DNA from: Candidatus Micrarchaeaceae archaeon
Lineage (GTDB): Archaea; Micrarchaeota; Micrarchaeia; Micrarchaeales; Micrarchaeaceae
Direction: 5' to 3'
NCBI GenBank assembly: GCA_050749665.1
Contig: JBOGRY010000018.1
Location: 152,206-216,205, forward strand
Length of the DNA stretch: 64,000 nt
Shown piece after piece: positions 42,926-52,203 of the stretch (positions are counted from its first letter, which is position 1; every line of letters starts with the position of its first letter). Both the position numbers and the translations under genes were made by a program. Below the pieces are notes generated by a model. The model made no database searches and was not told the origin of the DNA. It saw only the letters and a program-made list of their open reading frames with translations.

Positions 42926-45235
42926 ATGATAAAGTCGATAGAGCTTGTCAACTGGAAAACGCACAAGCATACAATAATGAGCTTCCAGAAGGGAGTGAAC
43001 GTGCTTATAGGCGTGATGGGCGCGGGAAAGAGCTCGGTCATAGACGGGATATCGTTCGGCCTGTTCGGTACATTTCCAATGCTGAACCACAGGAGGACCA
43101 CGATAGGCAACCTGATATCCGACAGGCCTGAAATCGCCGATTCTGCGGAGGTTAAAATAAAGTTCAACGTAGGCGACGACGACTACGCCATAACAAGGAT
43201 GATAAGCAGGAAGGACGGCACAACGGCAAAGCTCGAGAAGAACGGAAGGTATATGCAGACGCAGTCCGAGCGCGTCAACGAGGAGATAGAGAATCTTATA
43301 AAGATAGACTATGACGTGTTCTCGAGGGCCGTATATGCCGAACAGAACAGGATAGACTATTTCCTGGAACTGAGCAAGGGCGAAAGGAAGAAGCAGATAG
43401 ACCAGATGCTAGGGCTTGACAACTTCGCCAAAGCCGAAGAGAATGCAACCTCGCTGGTAAACAGCATAAGGGGCATAATAACAGAGGACAGCCAGCTGCT
43501 CGCGCAGTCAGACCCGAAGGGGATGAAGGCGCAGCTCGATGCGCTGACAAGCGAAAGGCGGGGCATAGAAAAGGAGCAGCAAGAGCTGTCAGGAAAGGTT
43601 GCGGAAAAGGAGTCGCGGCTGAAAGTGCTCCAGAAGGACGTAGAAACAATGAAATCGAGGTTTGAGAGGAGCAAGCGCCTTGAGAAAGAGATCGCCGAGC
43701 TTTCAAGCAAAATAGAGACGCTGAAGGCGGAGTCTAGGAAGATAGACGACATGAAGCTGGACAGGAAGGCGATCGAATCCGAGCTGTCCGAGAAGAGCAC
43801 GAAGCTTAGCGAGCTCGAATCGGACATAAGGAAGCTAAGAAAAGAGGAATCGGAGACGATAAAGATCGCATCAGAGGCAGACGCAGCCGTAAAGGCGAGC
43901 ATGGAAAAATCAAAGGAACGCAAAAGGCTTCTCTCGATTGTAAACGGAAGGGACGCGCAGTCAATGGAAAAGGACGCACGCAAGGCAGAGGAATCGCTGC
44001 AGCAATCGCGTAAAGAGTGGTCATCGCTTAAGGGAAGAAAGGAAGACACGATGAAATGGGCAAGGGAGCTGGAGGAGCACATAAGCAAGTGCCCGGTATG
44101 CGAAAAGGATCTTGACGAGAATACCAGGCTTATGCTGCTTTCCCAGAAGAACGGCATGATAAAAAAGATGGACGGAGAAATAGGCGCGCTCGAGGAAACG
44201 GTCAGGAAGACGGAAAAAAGCATGGCGCAGGCAAAGAAGGAGCTTGAGGATGTGAGGTTTGCATCCACAATGATTGAGAGTTTCAAGGACGTCGACCTTA
44301 TCATAAAGGAAAACTCCGAAAAGGCAGCAGAATACCAAAGGCGCCACGATAGCCTAATCAAACTAATAGAAACAGCATCGTCTGAAATGGAGCTGCTCCA
44401 CAAGCAACTAGGCGAGATGGCCGTCAAGTCGGATGCGCTGAGGAGGAATGAGAAATATGAATCTGAGATAAAGGAATGCTCTGATGCCCTGGAAAAAAGC
44501 AAGAAAGAGACAAGCAAGGAAAGGTTCAACGAGAAAGATCTCTACGGGCTGCATGAGTTGGTCACCGAGGAGAGCGCATCACTGAGCGATATGAGCAGCA
44601 AGATGAAGGGCAACGAGCGATATGCCAAGAGCCTAGATGCGCAGATAAGCGACAAGGTAAAGGCAATGGCAAACCTCAATTCCATAGAAGAGCGAATAGA
44701 GCGCCGCCGCAGCCAGGCAAGCAGCCTAAACAAGTTCAGGTCCGCGCTCATAGATACCGAGACCCATCTAAGGAACAGCCTAGTCCAATCAATAAATTCC
44801 CTCATGCAGGAAATATGGTCCGAGCTGTATCCCTATGCCGATTACTCGGCGATAAGGCTTGACGCAAGGAAGGACGACTACTCGCTAGAAGCGTGCACCG
44901 GCATGGACGGCAGCGGCAGCAGGAGATGGATAGAGATAGACGGCATAGCAAGCGGCGGCGAAAGGAGCGTAGCATGCCTCACCATGAGGATAGCCCTTGC
45001 CATGGTGATAGTGCCGAACCTGCGCTGGCTGATACTAGATGAGCCGACGCACAACATAGACGAGAACGGCATAGGCAAGTTCATAGAGGTTTTGGGCAGC
45101 ACGCTGCCAAAGGTGGTTGAGCAGATATTCATAATAACGCACGACAGCGCGCTGAAAAACATCGCATCGGCAAGAGTATATTCCCTAGAAAGGAACAAGG
45201 ACAAAAACGAATACACATCAGTAGGCGAGCTATAG
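42926..45235 (+). CDS. rad50: DNA double-strand break repair ATPase Rad50
   Basis: Walker A 'GVMGAGKSSVIDGI' is present, followed by a long K/E-rich coiled coil with the zinc hook 'CPVCEKDL'. The signature 'SGGERSVACL' and Walker B 'LILDEPTHNID' also occur. Start placed at ATG 'MIKSIELVNW'; TTG 42905 is the alternative. Confidence 0.9.
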   Translation: MIKSIELVNWKTHKHTIMSFQKGVNVLIGVMGAGKSSVIDGISFGLFGTFPMLNHRRTTIGNLISDRPEIADSAEVKIKFNVGDDDYAITRMISRKDGTTAKLEKNGRYMQTQSERVNEEIENLIKIDYDVFSRAVYAEQNRIDYFLELSKGERKKQIDQMLGLDNFAKAEENATSLVNSIRGIITEDSQLLAQSDPKGMKAQLDALTSERRGIEKEQQELSGKVAEKESRLKVLQKDVETMKSRFERSKRLEKEIAELSSKIETLKAESRKIDDMKLDRKAIESELSEKSTKLSELESDIRKLRKEESETIKIASEADAAVKASMEKSKERKRLLSIVNGRDAQSMEKDARKAEESLQQSRKEWSSLKGRKEDTMKWARELEEHISKCPVCEKDLDENTRLMLLSQKNGMIKKMDGEIGALEETVRKTEKSMAQAKKELEDVRFASTMIESFKDVDLIIKENSEKAAEYQRRHDSLIKLIETASSEMELLHKQLGEMAVKSDALRRNEKYESEIKECSDALEKSKKETSKERFNEKDLYGLHELVTEESASLSDMSSKMKGNERYAKSLDAQISDKVKAMANLNSIEERIERRRSQASSLNKFRSALIDTETHLRNSLVQSINSLMQEIWSELYPYADYSAIRLDARKDDYSLEACTGMDGSGSRRWIEIDGIASGGERSVACLTMRIALAMVIVPNLRWLILDEPTHNIDENGIGKFIEVLGSTLPKVVEQIFIITHDSALKNIASARVYSLERNKDKNEYTSVGEL

Positions 45236-45259
45236 CCTTCAATGCCTGCCGAAGGGAAT

Positions 45260-46300
45260 TCACAGCCCGTCTATGCCCAAATCGTCATCATTGCCCTTCT
45301 GCTGCGTACCCGAAAGCATCTGCGGGCTTATTACTCCTGTAAACACCGCTATGACCTCTACCTTTCCGTTGTATTCCGGATCTATCCTTGCGCCCCAGAT
45401 AACATTTGCATTGGGAGCTGAGCGCTCCGAAAGCTTTGACGCTATCTGGTTAACCTCTCCCAATGTGAGGTCGTCGCCCCCCAATATGTATATCATTATC
45501 CCTGTTGTGCCGTCATAATCAACGTCAAGGAGCTTGTTCCTAAGGGTGCTTTGCACTACATCATCGACCCTGTTCGGCCCCCTTCCTTCGCCTATGCTTA
45601 TCATGGCAAGGCCGCCGTTCTTGACTATGGTCCTTATGTCTGCGAAGTCGATGTTTACCAATCCCGGCTTGTTTATCGTTTCGGTTATTCCCTTTACTGC
45701 CCTAGATGCGACCTCGTCAGCTATCTTGAATGCCTGGTCTATTGCAAGGTTCCTGTAGACTTCAGCAAGCCTCTGGTTGTCTATTACTATGAGCGTGTCG
45801 CAGTTCTTACTGAGCTCCTCTATACCCTTCTTTGCTACTTTGAGCCTTACCCTCTCGAGCGCGAACGGGTATGTGACTATGCCTATAACAAGCGCACCTG
45901 CCTCCTTTGCTATCCCTGCTACTATCGGTGCGGCGCCTGTGCCTGTCCCGCCTCCCATGCCTGCTGTTATGAACAGGAGGTTGCTTCCCTGCAGCGCCTT
46001 CTCTATGTCGTTCTTTGAGTAATCGGCTGCCTTTGTCCCAATTTCGGAGAATCCTCCGGCGCCGAGCCCTCTCGTCAATACGCCCCCGATGAGTATCCTC
46101 TTGATGGAAGGGTCCATTGTATTCAGGTGCTTGCCGTCAGTGTTTATGGCGATAAGCTCAGCTCCGAACACTCCTAGCTTGCTCATCCTTTGCACGGTAC
46201 TAGAGCCCCCTCCTCCTATTCCAGCAACAGATATCTTTGCCTTGAAAGTGTCTTCGGCGCTGCCCTCGTTGCTCGGGGTGTTTTCCAGGAAACCCATCAA
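45260..46300 (-). CDS. ftsZ: Cell division protein FtsZ (paralog A)
   Basis: 'GIGGGGSSTVQRM', 'LTRGLGAGGFSEIG' and the tubulin signature 'AGMGGGTGTGAAPIVA' are present, along with 'VTYPFALERVR' and 'NIDFADIRT'. Confidence 0.9.
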   Translation of the reverse strand: MMGFLENTPSNEGSAEDTFKAKISVAGIGGGGSSTVQRMSKLGVFGAELIAINTDGKHLNTMDPSIKRILIGGVLTRGLGAGGFSEIGTKAADYSKNDIEKALQGSNLLFITAGMGGGTGTGAAPIVAGIAKEAGALVIGIVTYPFALERVRLKVAKKGIEELSKNCDTLIVIDNQRLAEVYRNLAIDQAFKIADEVASRAVKGITETINKPGLVNIDFADIRTIVKNGGLAMISIGEGRGPNRVDDVVQSTLRNKLLDVDYDGTTGIMIYILGGDDLTLGEVNQIASKLSERSAPNANVIWGARIDPEYNGKVEVIAVFTGVISPQMLSGTQQKGNDDDLGIDGL

Positions 46301-46449
46301 ATCACCTACCTATAACAAAATCAAATTATAAAAGGCTATCACAGCAAGGCATATCGAGCGTCCTATAACGTATTTATATCTTAATGGTGCAATTATATTG
46401 CCTTATCCTAAGGTGAACAGTTAACGGATAATGCATATTAGTTGATCAC

Positions 46450-46968
46450 ATGGCAAGACTGAGGCCTGCTAGGACTATGCGAACGCCTAATTCGCAGGCA
46501 TGGGCGCGCTATTCGCTGAAGAAGCCGAGGAAGAACTACATCAGGGCCCTTCCGCATACAAGCTTACTGGTATTCAACATGGGCGTAAGGAGCGACAGCT
46601 ATGACATGGAAGTAACGCTGAGGCCGCAGCAGCCGATACAGTTGAGGTCAAATTCGCTCGAATCGGCAAGGCAGGTAGCGAACAAGTACCTCGAGACCGA
46701 GATACCGCAGGGATTCTACTTCAAGGTGCTGGTATACCCGCACAACGTCATAAGGGAGCACAAGATGGCAACCGGCGCAGGAGCAGACAGGATATCGAGG
46801 GGAATGAGCCAGGCTTTCGGAAGGCCTACGTTCGTTGCGGCAAGGGTCAAGGAGGGCCAGCCTGTATTAATGGTAAGGACCATGAAGACAAACAAGCCTG
46901 CCGTAATGGAAGCCTTCAAGAGGGCCGCATCGAAGCTATCAGGCACGTACAAGATAAAAGTATCATAA
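46450..46968 (+). CDS. rpl10e: Ribosomal protein uL16 (L10e)
   Basis: 'MARLRPARTMR....AWARYS' and 'DRISRGMSQAFGRP...ARVKEGQ' match L10e. Confidence 0.85.
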   Translation: MARLRPARTMRTPNSQAWARYSLKKPRKNYIRALPHTSLLVFNMGVRSDSYDMEVTLRPQQPIQLRSNSLESARQVANKYLETEIPQGFYFKVLVYPHNVIREHKMATGAGADRISRGMSQAFGRPTFVAARVKEGQPVLMVRTMKTNKPAVMEAFKRAASKLSGTYKIKVS

Positions 46969-46981
46969 TAAAAGTGATAAT

Positions 46982-47296
46982 ATGGCAGAAACAAAGAGCA
47001 GAACTACCGAGATCAAGGAATCCCCCAAATCCTCAACTAGTGAAATAGCGCAGGGTATGTTAAAAGAGCTGGCAATCAGCGCATGTGCCCTGGATATGAT
47101 ACACGGGAGGTACGATGATGCACATCTCAAAGCAATCCGGCACCGTTTTTCACAAGAGGACATATCAAAGTCTGCTTTAGCAGCTAGCAAGATCCTCAGG
47201 GACCTAGACAGCCCAATGTCTGCCAATGACGTTGAGGCAGAAGCGGAAAGAATGACCGATAAGCTGTTAGAAGATGGCTTGCTGCGCGGAAGGTAG
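46982..47296 (+). CDS. Hypothetical protein (104 aa)
   Basis: ORF tightly packed between rpl10e and dph2. I recognise no motif. Confidence 0.4.
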   Translation: MAETKSRTTEIKESPKSSTSEIAQGMLKELAISACALDMIHGRYDDAHLKAIRHRFSQEDISKSALAASKILRDLDSPMSANDVEAEAERMTDKLLEDGLLRGR

Positions 47297-47300
47297 GCAT

Positions 47301-48230
47301 ATGAGGATACTTCTGCAGTTTCCGGAAGGGCTGAAACAGGAAGCGCTGAAGCATGCGAAAGTCCTGGAAAACGAAGGGAACGAGGTGCTTGTATCGGCGT
47401 CGCCCACATACGGCGCGTGTGACCTCGCTCTTGACGAGGCAAGGAACATAAAGGCCGACAAGCTTGTCCATTTCGGCCATGGCGAGTTCCACCACGTGGA
47501 CTTCAATGTCGAGTACGTGGAATACCATATGGACGCGAGCCTGGCGCTCCTTGGGCAGTCGCTTGAGTACCTGAATGGTTTTAGGCATATAGGGATAGTG
47601 ACAACGATACAGCACGTGCACCAACTTGAAGATATAAGATCATTCTATGAAGGCAACGGCAAGAGCGTGCACATAGGGAAACCGTACGGCTTCGCGAAGA
47701 AGAACGGCCAGATACTGGGATGCGACGTAGGAAGCGCATCGACCATAAACAGGGATGTCGACGCGTTCGTATACTTCGGCGGGGGAATGTTCCATCCGCT
47801 AGGCGCCCTGCTCTCGACGACGAAGCCCTTCCTTGTGATTGAGCCGTACGCAAACAAGATAGAGTTCATAGATAATCTTAGAGATAAATACCAGAAGAGA
47901 AGCAAGGGCAAGATACTTGCTGCACTTGAGGCAAGGAAATTCGGCATAATGGTAAGCACGAAGAACGGCCAGCACAACATGAACCTCGGAAAAATACTCA
48001 AGGAAAAGATAGAATCGAAAGGCCTGCAGGCGCAGATACTTGTTGCCAATACTTTCGATTTCGAGTCGCTCAACAACATGATGGAGTTCGATGCGTTCGT
48101 GAATACCGCATGCCCGAGGATAGCAATCGATGACACCGACAGGACATCAAAACCCCTCCTCAGCGCGAACGAGCTGATGGAAGTATTAAGGATGAAAGCC
48201 GAGCTGCTGGGGATCAGGAGCAGGTCATGA
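47301..48230 (+). CDS. dph2: 2-(3-amino-3-carboxypropyl)histidine synthase (diphthamide synthesis, Dph2)
   Basis: 'MRILLQFPEGLK' matches the Dph2 N-terminus (LQFPEGL). 'YGACD' and 'TACPRIAIDD' are radical-SAM-type Cys-containing motifs of archaeal Dph2. Confidence 0.8.
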   Translation: MRILLQFPEGLKQEALKHAKVLENEGNEVLVSASPTYGACDLALDEARNIKADKLVHFGHGEFHHVDFNVEYVEYHMDASLALLGQSLEYLNGFRHIGIVTTIQHVHQLEDIRSFYEGNGKSVHIGKPYGFAKKNGQILGCDVGSASTINRDVDAFVYFGGGMFHPLGALLSTTKPFLVIEPYANKIEFIDNLRDKYQKRSKGKILAALEARKFGIMVSTKNGQHNMNLGKILKEKIESKGLQAQILVANTFDFESLNNMMEFDAFVNTACPRIAIDDTDRTSKPLLSANELMEVLRMKAELLGIRSRS

Positions 48231-48731
48231 GGCCTTGAGGTTCAATGCGCCTATCTCGACATAGGCAGGGCCGTGGTATTGCGTTATGCCTCCTGAACTG
48301 GTTGTATAATAATACTGCACCCATATCGAACCGCTTATTGGAGTGCCTATGGTAACAGGGAACTTCGTGCTGTTCGCCGGAAGGTAGAGTGTAGCCTGGT
48401 TGCCTCCGCTGGCCATGCCTGTTGTGCCAAGCAGCGTGTTTGAAGGGTCTGAATTGAAAGATATGGATGGAACGCCGTTCACGAATGGCGTACCCGTAGG
48501 CACGAATGTGAAATTGGCTCCGACCCAGTCGATGCCTGTTTCCTGCCCAATCGTTACGACTATATTTGCATCAGAATGGAGATAAATCGGGTTGCTGCAC
48601 AGGAATCCCGGAGACGCGACGCATGCCGATGTGGTTAGGCTGCTTCCGCTAAATACCCCTAAGCTGAAGAGCACGGTGAGCACTACGGCTATTATCAGTA
48701 TTGCCCAACCATAGGTCATCAGGTACTCCAT
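48225..48731 (-). CDS. Small pilin-like protein (class III signal / DUF361 type), paralog 1; leader peptide apparently out of frame
   Basis: 'MEYLMTYGWAILIIAVVLTVLFSLGVFSG' is the mature-type hydrophobic N-terminus. The in-frame upstream residues '..VRKAQSA' have no start codon. The nearest upstream ATG (48754) is in the +1 frame across an AAA run. Confidence 0.65.
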   Translation of the reverse strand: MEYLMTYGWAILIIAVVLTVLFSLGVFSGSSLTTSACVASPGFLCSNPIYLHSDANIVVTIGQETGIDWVGANFTFVPTGTPFVNGVPSISFNSDPSNTLLGTTGMASGGNQATLYLPANSTKFPVTIGTPISGSIWVQYYYTTSSGGITQYHGPAYVEIGALNLKAS

Positions 48732-48839
48732 GGCACTCTGCGCCTTTCGGACATCGTCGATCGCTATAAAACCATCTAAGTATTAATTAAAGCAACAAAT
48801 ATAAACCATGCAGTAAATCCGATCATTTGCAACAGCTAA

Positions 48840-48889
48840 CAATCATCTAATAAAAAATTAAAAAAGAAAAGAAAAAAAAGAAAGGCTTA
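48840..48889 (-). terminator. Oligo-T tract terminator downstream of pilin paralog 2
   Basis: The reverse strand after the stop reads 'TAATAAGCCTTTCTTTTTTTTCTTTTCTTTTTTAATTTTTT'. It is preceded by the short hairpin GGCTTcgtaatAAGCC spanning the stop. Archaeal termination typically occurs at T-runs. Confidence 0.55.
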
Positions 48890-49447
48890 TTACGAAGCCT
48901 TTATGTTTATTGTCGCAATCTGTGCGTATTGCTTAGTGCCTGATACAGATGTGGTGTATTCAGCCCATATTGCACCTGTTGCTGAAGTTCCTACTGTTAT
49001 GGTGTTACCATAGCCTATTCCAAGGCTGTTCACCGGAAGCGTTACTGTCTGCGTCTGTCCTGATACCAACCCTTGAGTTATTCCGTATACTGGAGGGCCA
49101 TTAACACTGCTCCAGTCTATTGGTACATTTCCAGCCAGCTGCGGTATTCCAGATGACACCGGTGTGCCCTGCGGTACAAACACGAAGAAAGCAGTATCCC
49201 ATGTTGTCCCTGTATTTTGTCCCAGCGACACTACTATGTTGGATGTCGCATGCGAATATATCGGGTTCTGGCAAAGGAATCCTGAGCTTGCTACGCAGGC
49301 ATTGCCAAGCAGCGAATTGCCGCTGAACACTCCTAGAGAGAATAGTGCTCCGAGCACTACGGCTATTATCAGTATTGCCCAACCATAGGTCATCAGGTAC
49401 TCCATAGCACTTTGGGCTTTGTGCTTATTGGAAGGTCTCGTTAACAT
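48890..49447 (-). CDS. Small pilin-like protein (class III signal / DUF361 type), paralog 2
   Basis: ATG 49447 sits 6 nt after SD GAGGTG. 'MLTRPSNKHKAQSAMEYLMTYGWAILIIAVVLGALFSLGVFSG' has a basic leader, KAQ and a hydrophobic helix. About 60 nt of the 5' coding DNA is nearly identical to paralog 1. Confidence 0.75.
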   Translation of the reverse strand: MLTRPSNKHKAQSAMEYLMTYGWAILIIAVVLGALFSLGVFSGNSLLGNACVASSGFLCQNPIYSHATSNIVVSLGQNTGTTWDTAFFVFVPQGTPVSSGIPQLAGNVPIDWSSVNGPPVYGITQGLVSGQTQTVTLPVNSLGIGYGNTITVGTSATGAIWAEYTTSVSGTKQYAQIATINIKAS

Positions 49448-49605
49448 ACTTACACCTCTGTGATATAATACATAAGATACATTTAAAAATCTTGCTGTCA
49501 TAACGGCGAATTGCACATTTAGGGGAAGAAACCGGAATTGGCAACCAATATATATTACTTTCTGTTGTATTATGAAATGCTGATTATAATCAAAGAGATG
49601 AGTAT

Positions 49606-50871
49606 ATGGCAGAGGAACTTGACACATTTAGGATAACACAGCAGCAGCTTGACGAGGCTGCCAAGATAATGAAACTTGACAAGAACGCGCACATGATTCT
49701 AAGGGAACCCATGGAAGTGCTTACAGTTAACTTCCCGGTGAGGATGCGCGACGGCACCACAAAGACGTTCACCGGATTCAGGTCGCACTACAATACCGCA
49801 AGGGGTCCAGCAAAGGGCGGCATAAGGTTCCACCCGAAGGAAACCCTCGATACGGTAAAGGCGCTCTCAGCATGGATGACATGGAAGTGCGCGCTCGCTG
49901 ACATACCTCTCGGAGGCGGCAAGGGCGGGGTAATATGCGACCCTAAGGCTCTAAACAACTACGAGCTGGAGAGCCTCACGAGGGCTTACACTAGAGCGGT
50001 ATTCAAGTTCATAGGCCCTTCGATAGACATAGTAGCCCCCGATGTATACACCACTCCGCAGATAATGGCATGGATTGTCGATGAATACAGCAGGATGGCA
50101 GGGCATAACACCTTCGGCACGGCTACAGGAAAGCCACTTGAGGTATGGGGCTCGAAGGGAAGGGCCGATGCAACAGGCGCAGGCGGCATGTACGTCCTGA
50201 GGGCCGCTGCAAAGTACAAGAAGCTCAACCTGAAGACTGCAAGCATAGCCATACAGGGATTCGGCAACGTTGGCGGCAACTCATTTGAGCTTGCAAGGAA
50301 GTTCTTCGGATCCAAGGTTGTCGCGATAAGCGATTCGCGCGGAGGCATATACAATAAGAAAGGGCTGGACTACGACAAGGTGCTCGAGGCAAAGGACAAG
50401 CGCGGCTCGGTGCAGGCGTACCATGATGCCGAGAAGATAAGCAACGATGACCTGCTGAAGCTGGATGTGGATGTCCTTATACCTGCAGCCATGGAAAACC
50501 AGATAACTGGTAAGAATGCCGACGACATAAAGCCGAAGATACTGCTTGAGATGGCTAACGGGCCCGTGACGCCTGAAGCAGATAAGATACTTGCTGACAA
50601 CAAGATATTCGACCTTCCCGACTTCCTAGCCAATTCGGGTGGCGTTACCGTATCGTATTTCGAATGGCTGCAGAACGTGAGCGGATATTACTGGACTACC
50701 GAGGAGGTGTACTCCAAGCTGGACAAGATAATAACCAAATCGTTCCACGACGTCATGGACAAGCAGTCGGAATACTCAAAGGCAGGCCAGAAGATAAGCC
50801 CGAGGATGGCGGCATACATAATAGCCCTAGAAAGAGTATCAAAGGCAATGAAGTACAGGGGCTGGTACTGA
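49606..50871 (+). CDS. gdhA: Glutamate dehydrogenase
   Basis: 'GPAKGGIRFHP', 'KCALADIPLGGGKGGV' (catalytic Lys region) and the Rossmann motif 'IQGFGNVGG' are present. Confidence 0.9.
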   Translation: MAEELDTFRITQQQLDEAAKIMKLDKNAHMILREPMEVLTVNFPVRMRDGTTKTFTGFRSHYNTARGPAKGGIRFHPKETLDTVKALSAWMTWKCALADIPLGGGKGGVICDPKALNNYELESLTRAYTRAVFKFIGPSIDIVAPDVYTTPQIMAWIVDEYSRMAGHNTFGTATGKPLEVWGSKGRADATGAGGMYVLRAAAKYKKLNLKTASIAIQGFGNVGGNSFELARKFFGSKVVAISDSRGGIYNKKGLDYDKVLEAKDKRGSVQAYHDAEKISNDDLLKLDVDVLIPAAMENQITGKNADDIKPKILLEMANGPVTPEADKILADNKIFDLPDFLANSGGVTVSYFEWLQNVSGYYWTTEEVYSKLDKIITKSFHDVMDKQSEYSKAGQKISPRMAAYIIALERVSKAMKYRGWY

Positions 50872-50873
50872 TA

Positions 50874-51629
50874 TCATCCCTTTTCTGTACTGTCAAGGAC
50901 AAAGAGGACGCCGCTATATTTATCAGGATCGGCATAGGCGTGCATCTTTGCTATGTCCATGGGGGTGCGTCCCCTAAGGTCCCTGATGCCCTGATTTGCG
51001 CCCATGTCAAGTATGCATCTTGCGGCCGGCTTTTCGCCGAACATGGCCGCGACGTGCAGTGCAGTCTTACCATCAAACAGCTCTGAATCGACACCCAGCT
51101 CATTCAGGTTATACCGTAGGTAATTAATGTCTGATGTGGCAGTCCCGCTCATTATCTTGTCCTTGAGGCTTCCCTTGTCAAGCCATGGTATGACGATTAT
51201 GCAAAAATCCTTATACTTATTGTGCAGCAGCTCCTTCACGGTATTATAGTCAGAACTGCCTAACCCGTCGCTGGTGCCCCAGACGATCAATGTCTTGTCC
51301 ACATCGTCCTTGTAGAATCTTCCGCCGCCTAATGCTGTGGCTTTTCCGTGTACATTACTGTCGCCTTCAACGAAAGCGTTGTATATGTCCGTGTGGTACT
51401 TTGCGCCGCTTGACACGAATACGGTTTTGCCGCCGTTATCGAAATACCTCCTGACGAGTATGAACTTTGACGGCATGGAAAGCGCACTGCCCTCTATGAC
51501 AACGCTGCTGTCATTAGGTATTGCGTTTTTGTCCCGTGTTGCGCTCTCCAAACTATCACAATGCCATATACGGTCAGCCGAAAATGCGCCTGTACTTATC
51601 AAACATCTTCTTTGTGACAAGCTCCGCAT
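50874..51629 (-). CDS. Ankyrin-repeat protein with an uncharacterised N-terminal domain
   Basis: The C-terminal 'DGKTALHVAAMFGEKPAARCILDMGANQGIRDLRGRTPMDIAKMH' fits the ANK consensus (G.TpLH.Aa..g....v..Ll..GA......d..G.Tpl..A). The start is uncertain: ATG 51629 overlaps tmk by 56 nt, and an alternative ATG is at 51476. Confidence 0.6.
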   Translation of the reverse strand: MRSLSQRRCLISTGAFSADRIWHCDSLESATRDKNAIPNDSSVVIEGSALSMPSKFILVRRYFDNGGKTVFVSSGAKYHTDIYNAFVEGDSNVHGKATALGGGRFYKDDVDKTLIVWGTSDGLGSSDYNTVKELLHNKYKDFCIIVIPWLDKGSLKDKIMSGTATSDINYLRYNLNELGVDSELFDGKTALHVAAMFGEKPAARCILDMGANQGIRDLRGRTPMDIAKMHAYADPDKYSGVLFVLDSTEKG

Positions 51630-52203
51630 CCTTCTGCCCGTCTATGTTTATCCATAGCCCTCTGTACAGCCTCTTTAGTTCATTGTACTTCCTGTCCTGG
51701 ATCTTTATGAATTCGAGCTTCTCGAAGCGGTCCAGCTTCTTGCCGTGCCGCTCCAGCCTCTTGTACGCCGTTTCCGGAGCAACATCCATGAAGAAAACGG
51801 CATCAGGCTTCGTGAATACGCTGTTTATGCCCATGAAGTACTTCATGTCGAATTTTGTGCCGTTGCAAAATGCGCTTCCGTAAACAGCTGTCGACATCCA
51901 GTACCTGCTGCACACAACCGTCTTGCCGAGTTCTAAGGCAGGGTCTATTACCTTTTCGACATGATTCGACCTGTTGGCAACGAAGAGCAGCTGAATCGTC
52001 GCGGCGCTTAGGGACTTCCCATCGAACAGCCCGTTCTTTATCTGCTTGCCTATGCTGTCCTCGTACCACGGCTCCTCTGTCAGCACGGCATCTATGCCGT
52101 TCCTCCTTAGCATGCGGGTGAAGTTATCCGCCTGCGTGCTCTTCCCCGAACCGTCAACCCCCTCTATTACAAAGAATCTCCCTTTACGCATATCATCGAC
52201 CAT
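51574..52203 (-). CDS. tmk: Thymidylate kinase
   Basis: It has the P-loop 'FFVIEGVDGSGKSTQ', a 'DRY/SRYW'-type segment 'CSRYWMST' and a LID region. Confidence 0.85.
   Translation of the reverse strand: MVDDMRKGRFFVIEGVDGSGKSTQADNFTRMLRRNGIDAVLTEEPWYEDSIGKQIKNGLFDGKSLSAATIQLLFVANRSNHVEKVIDPALELGKTVVCSRYWMSTAVYGSAFCNGTKFDMKYFMGINSVFTKPDAVFFMDVAPETAYKRLERHGKKLDRFEKLEFIKIQDRKYNELKRLYRGLWINIDGQKDAELVTKKMFDKYRRIFG

Noticed and set aside
43357-44529. 390-aa reverse-strand ORF, Ser/Phe/Leu-rich
   Set aside because: It lies entirely antisense to the Rad50 coiled-coil region. Its low-complexity Ser/Leu/Phe composition is the mirror image of the K/E-rich sense frame, so it is a shadow ORF.
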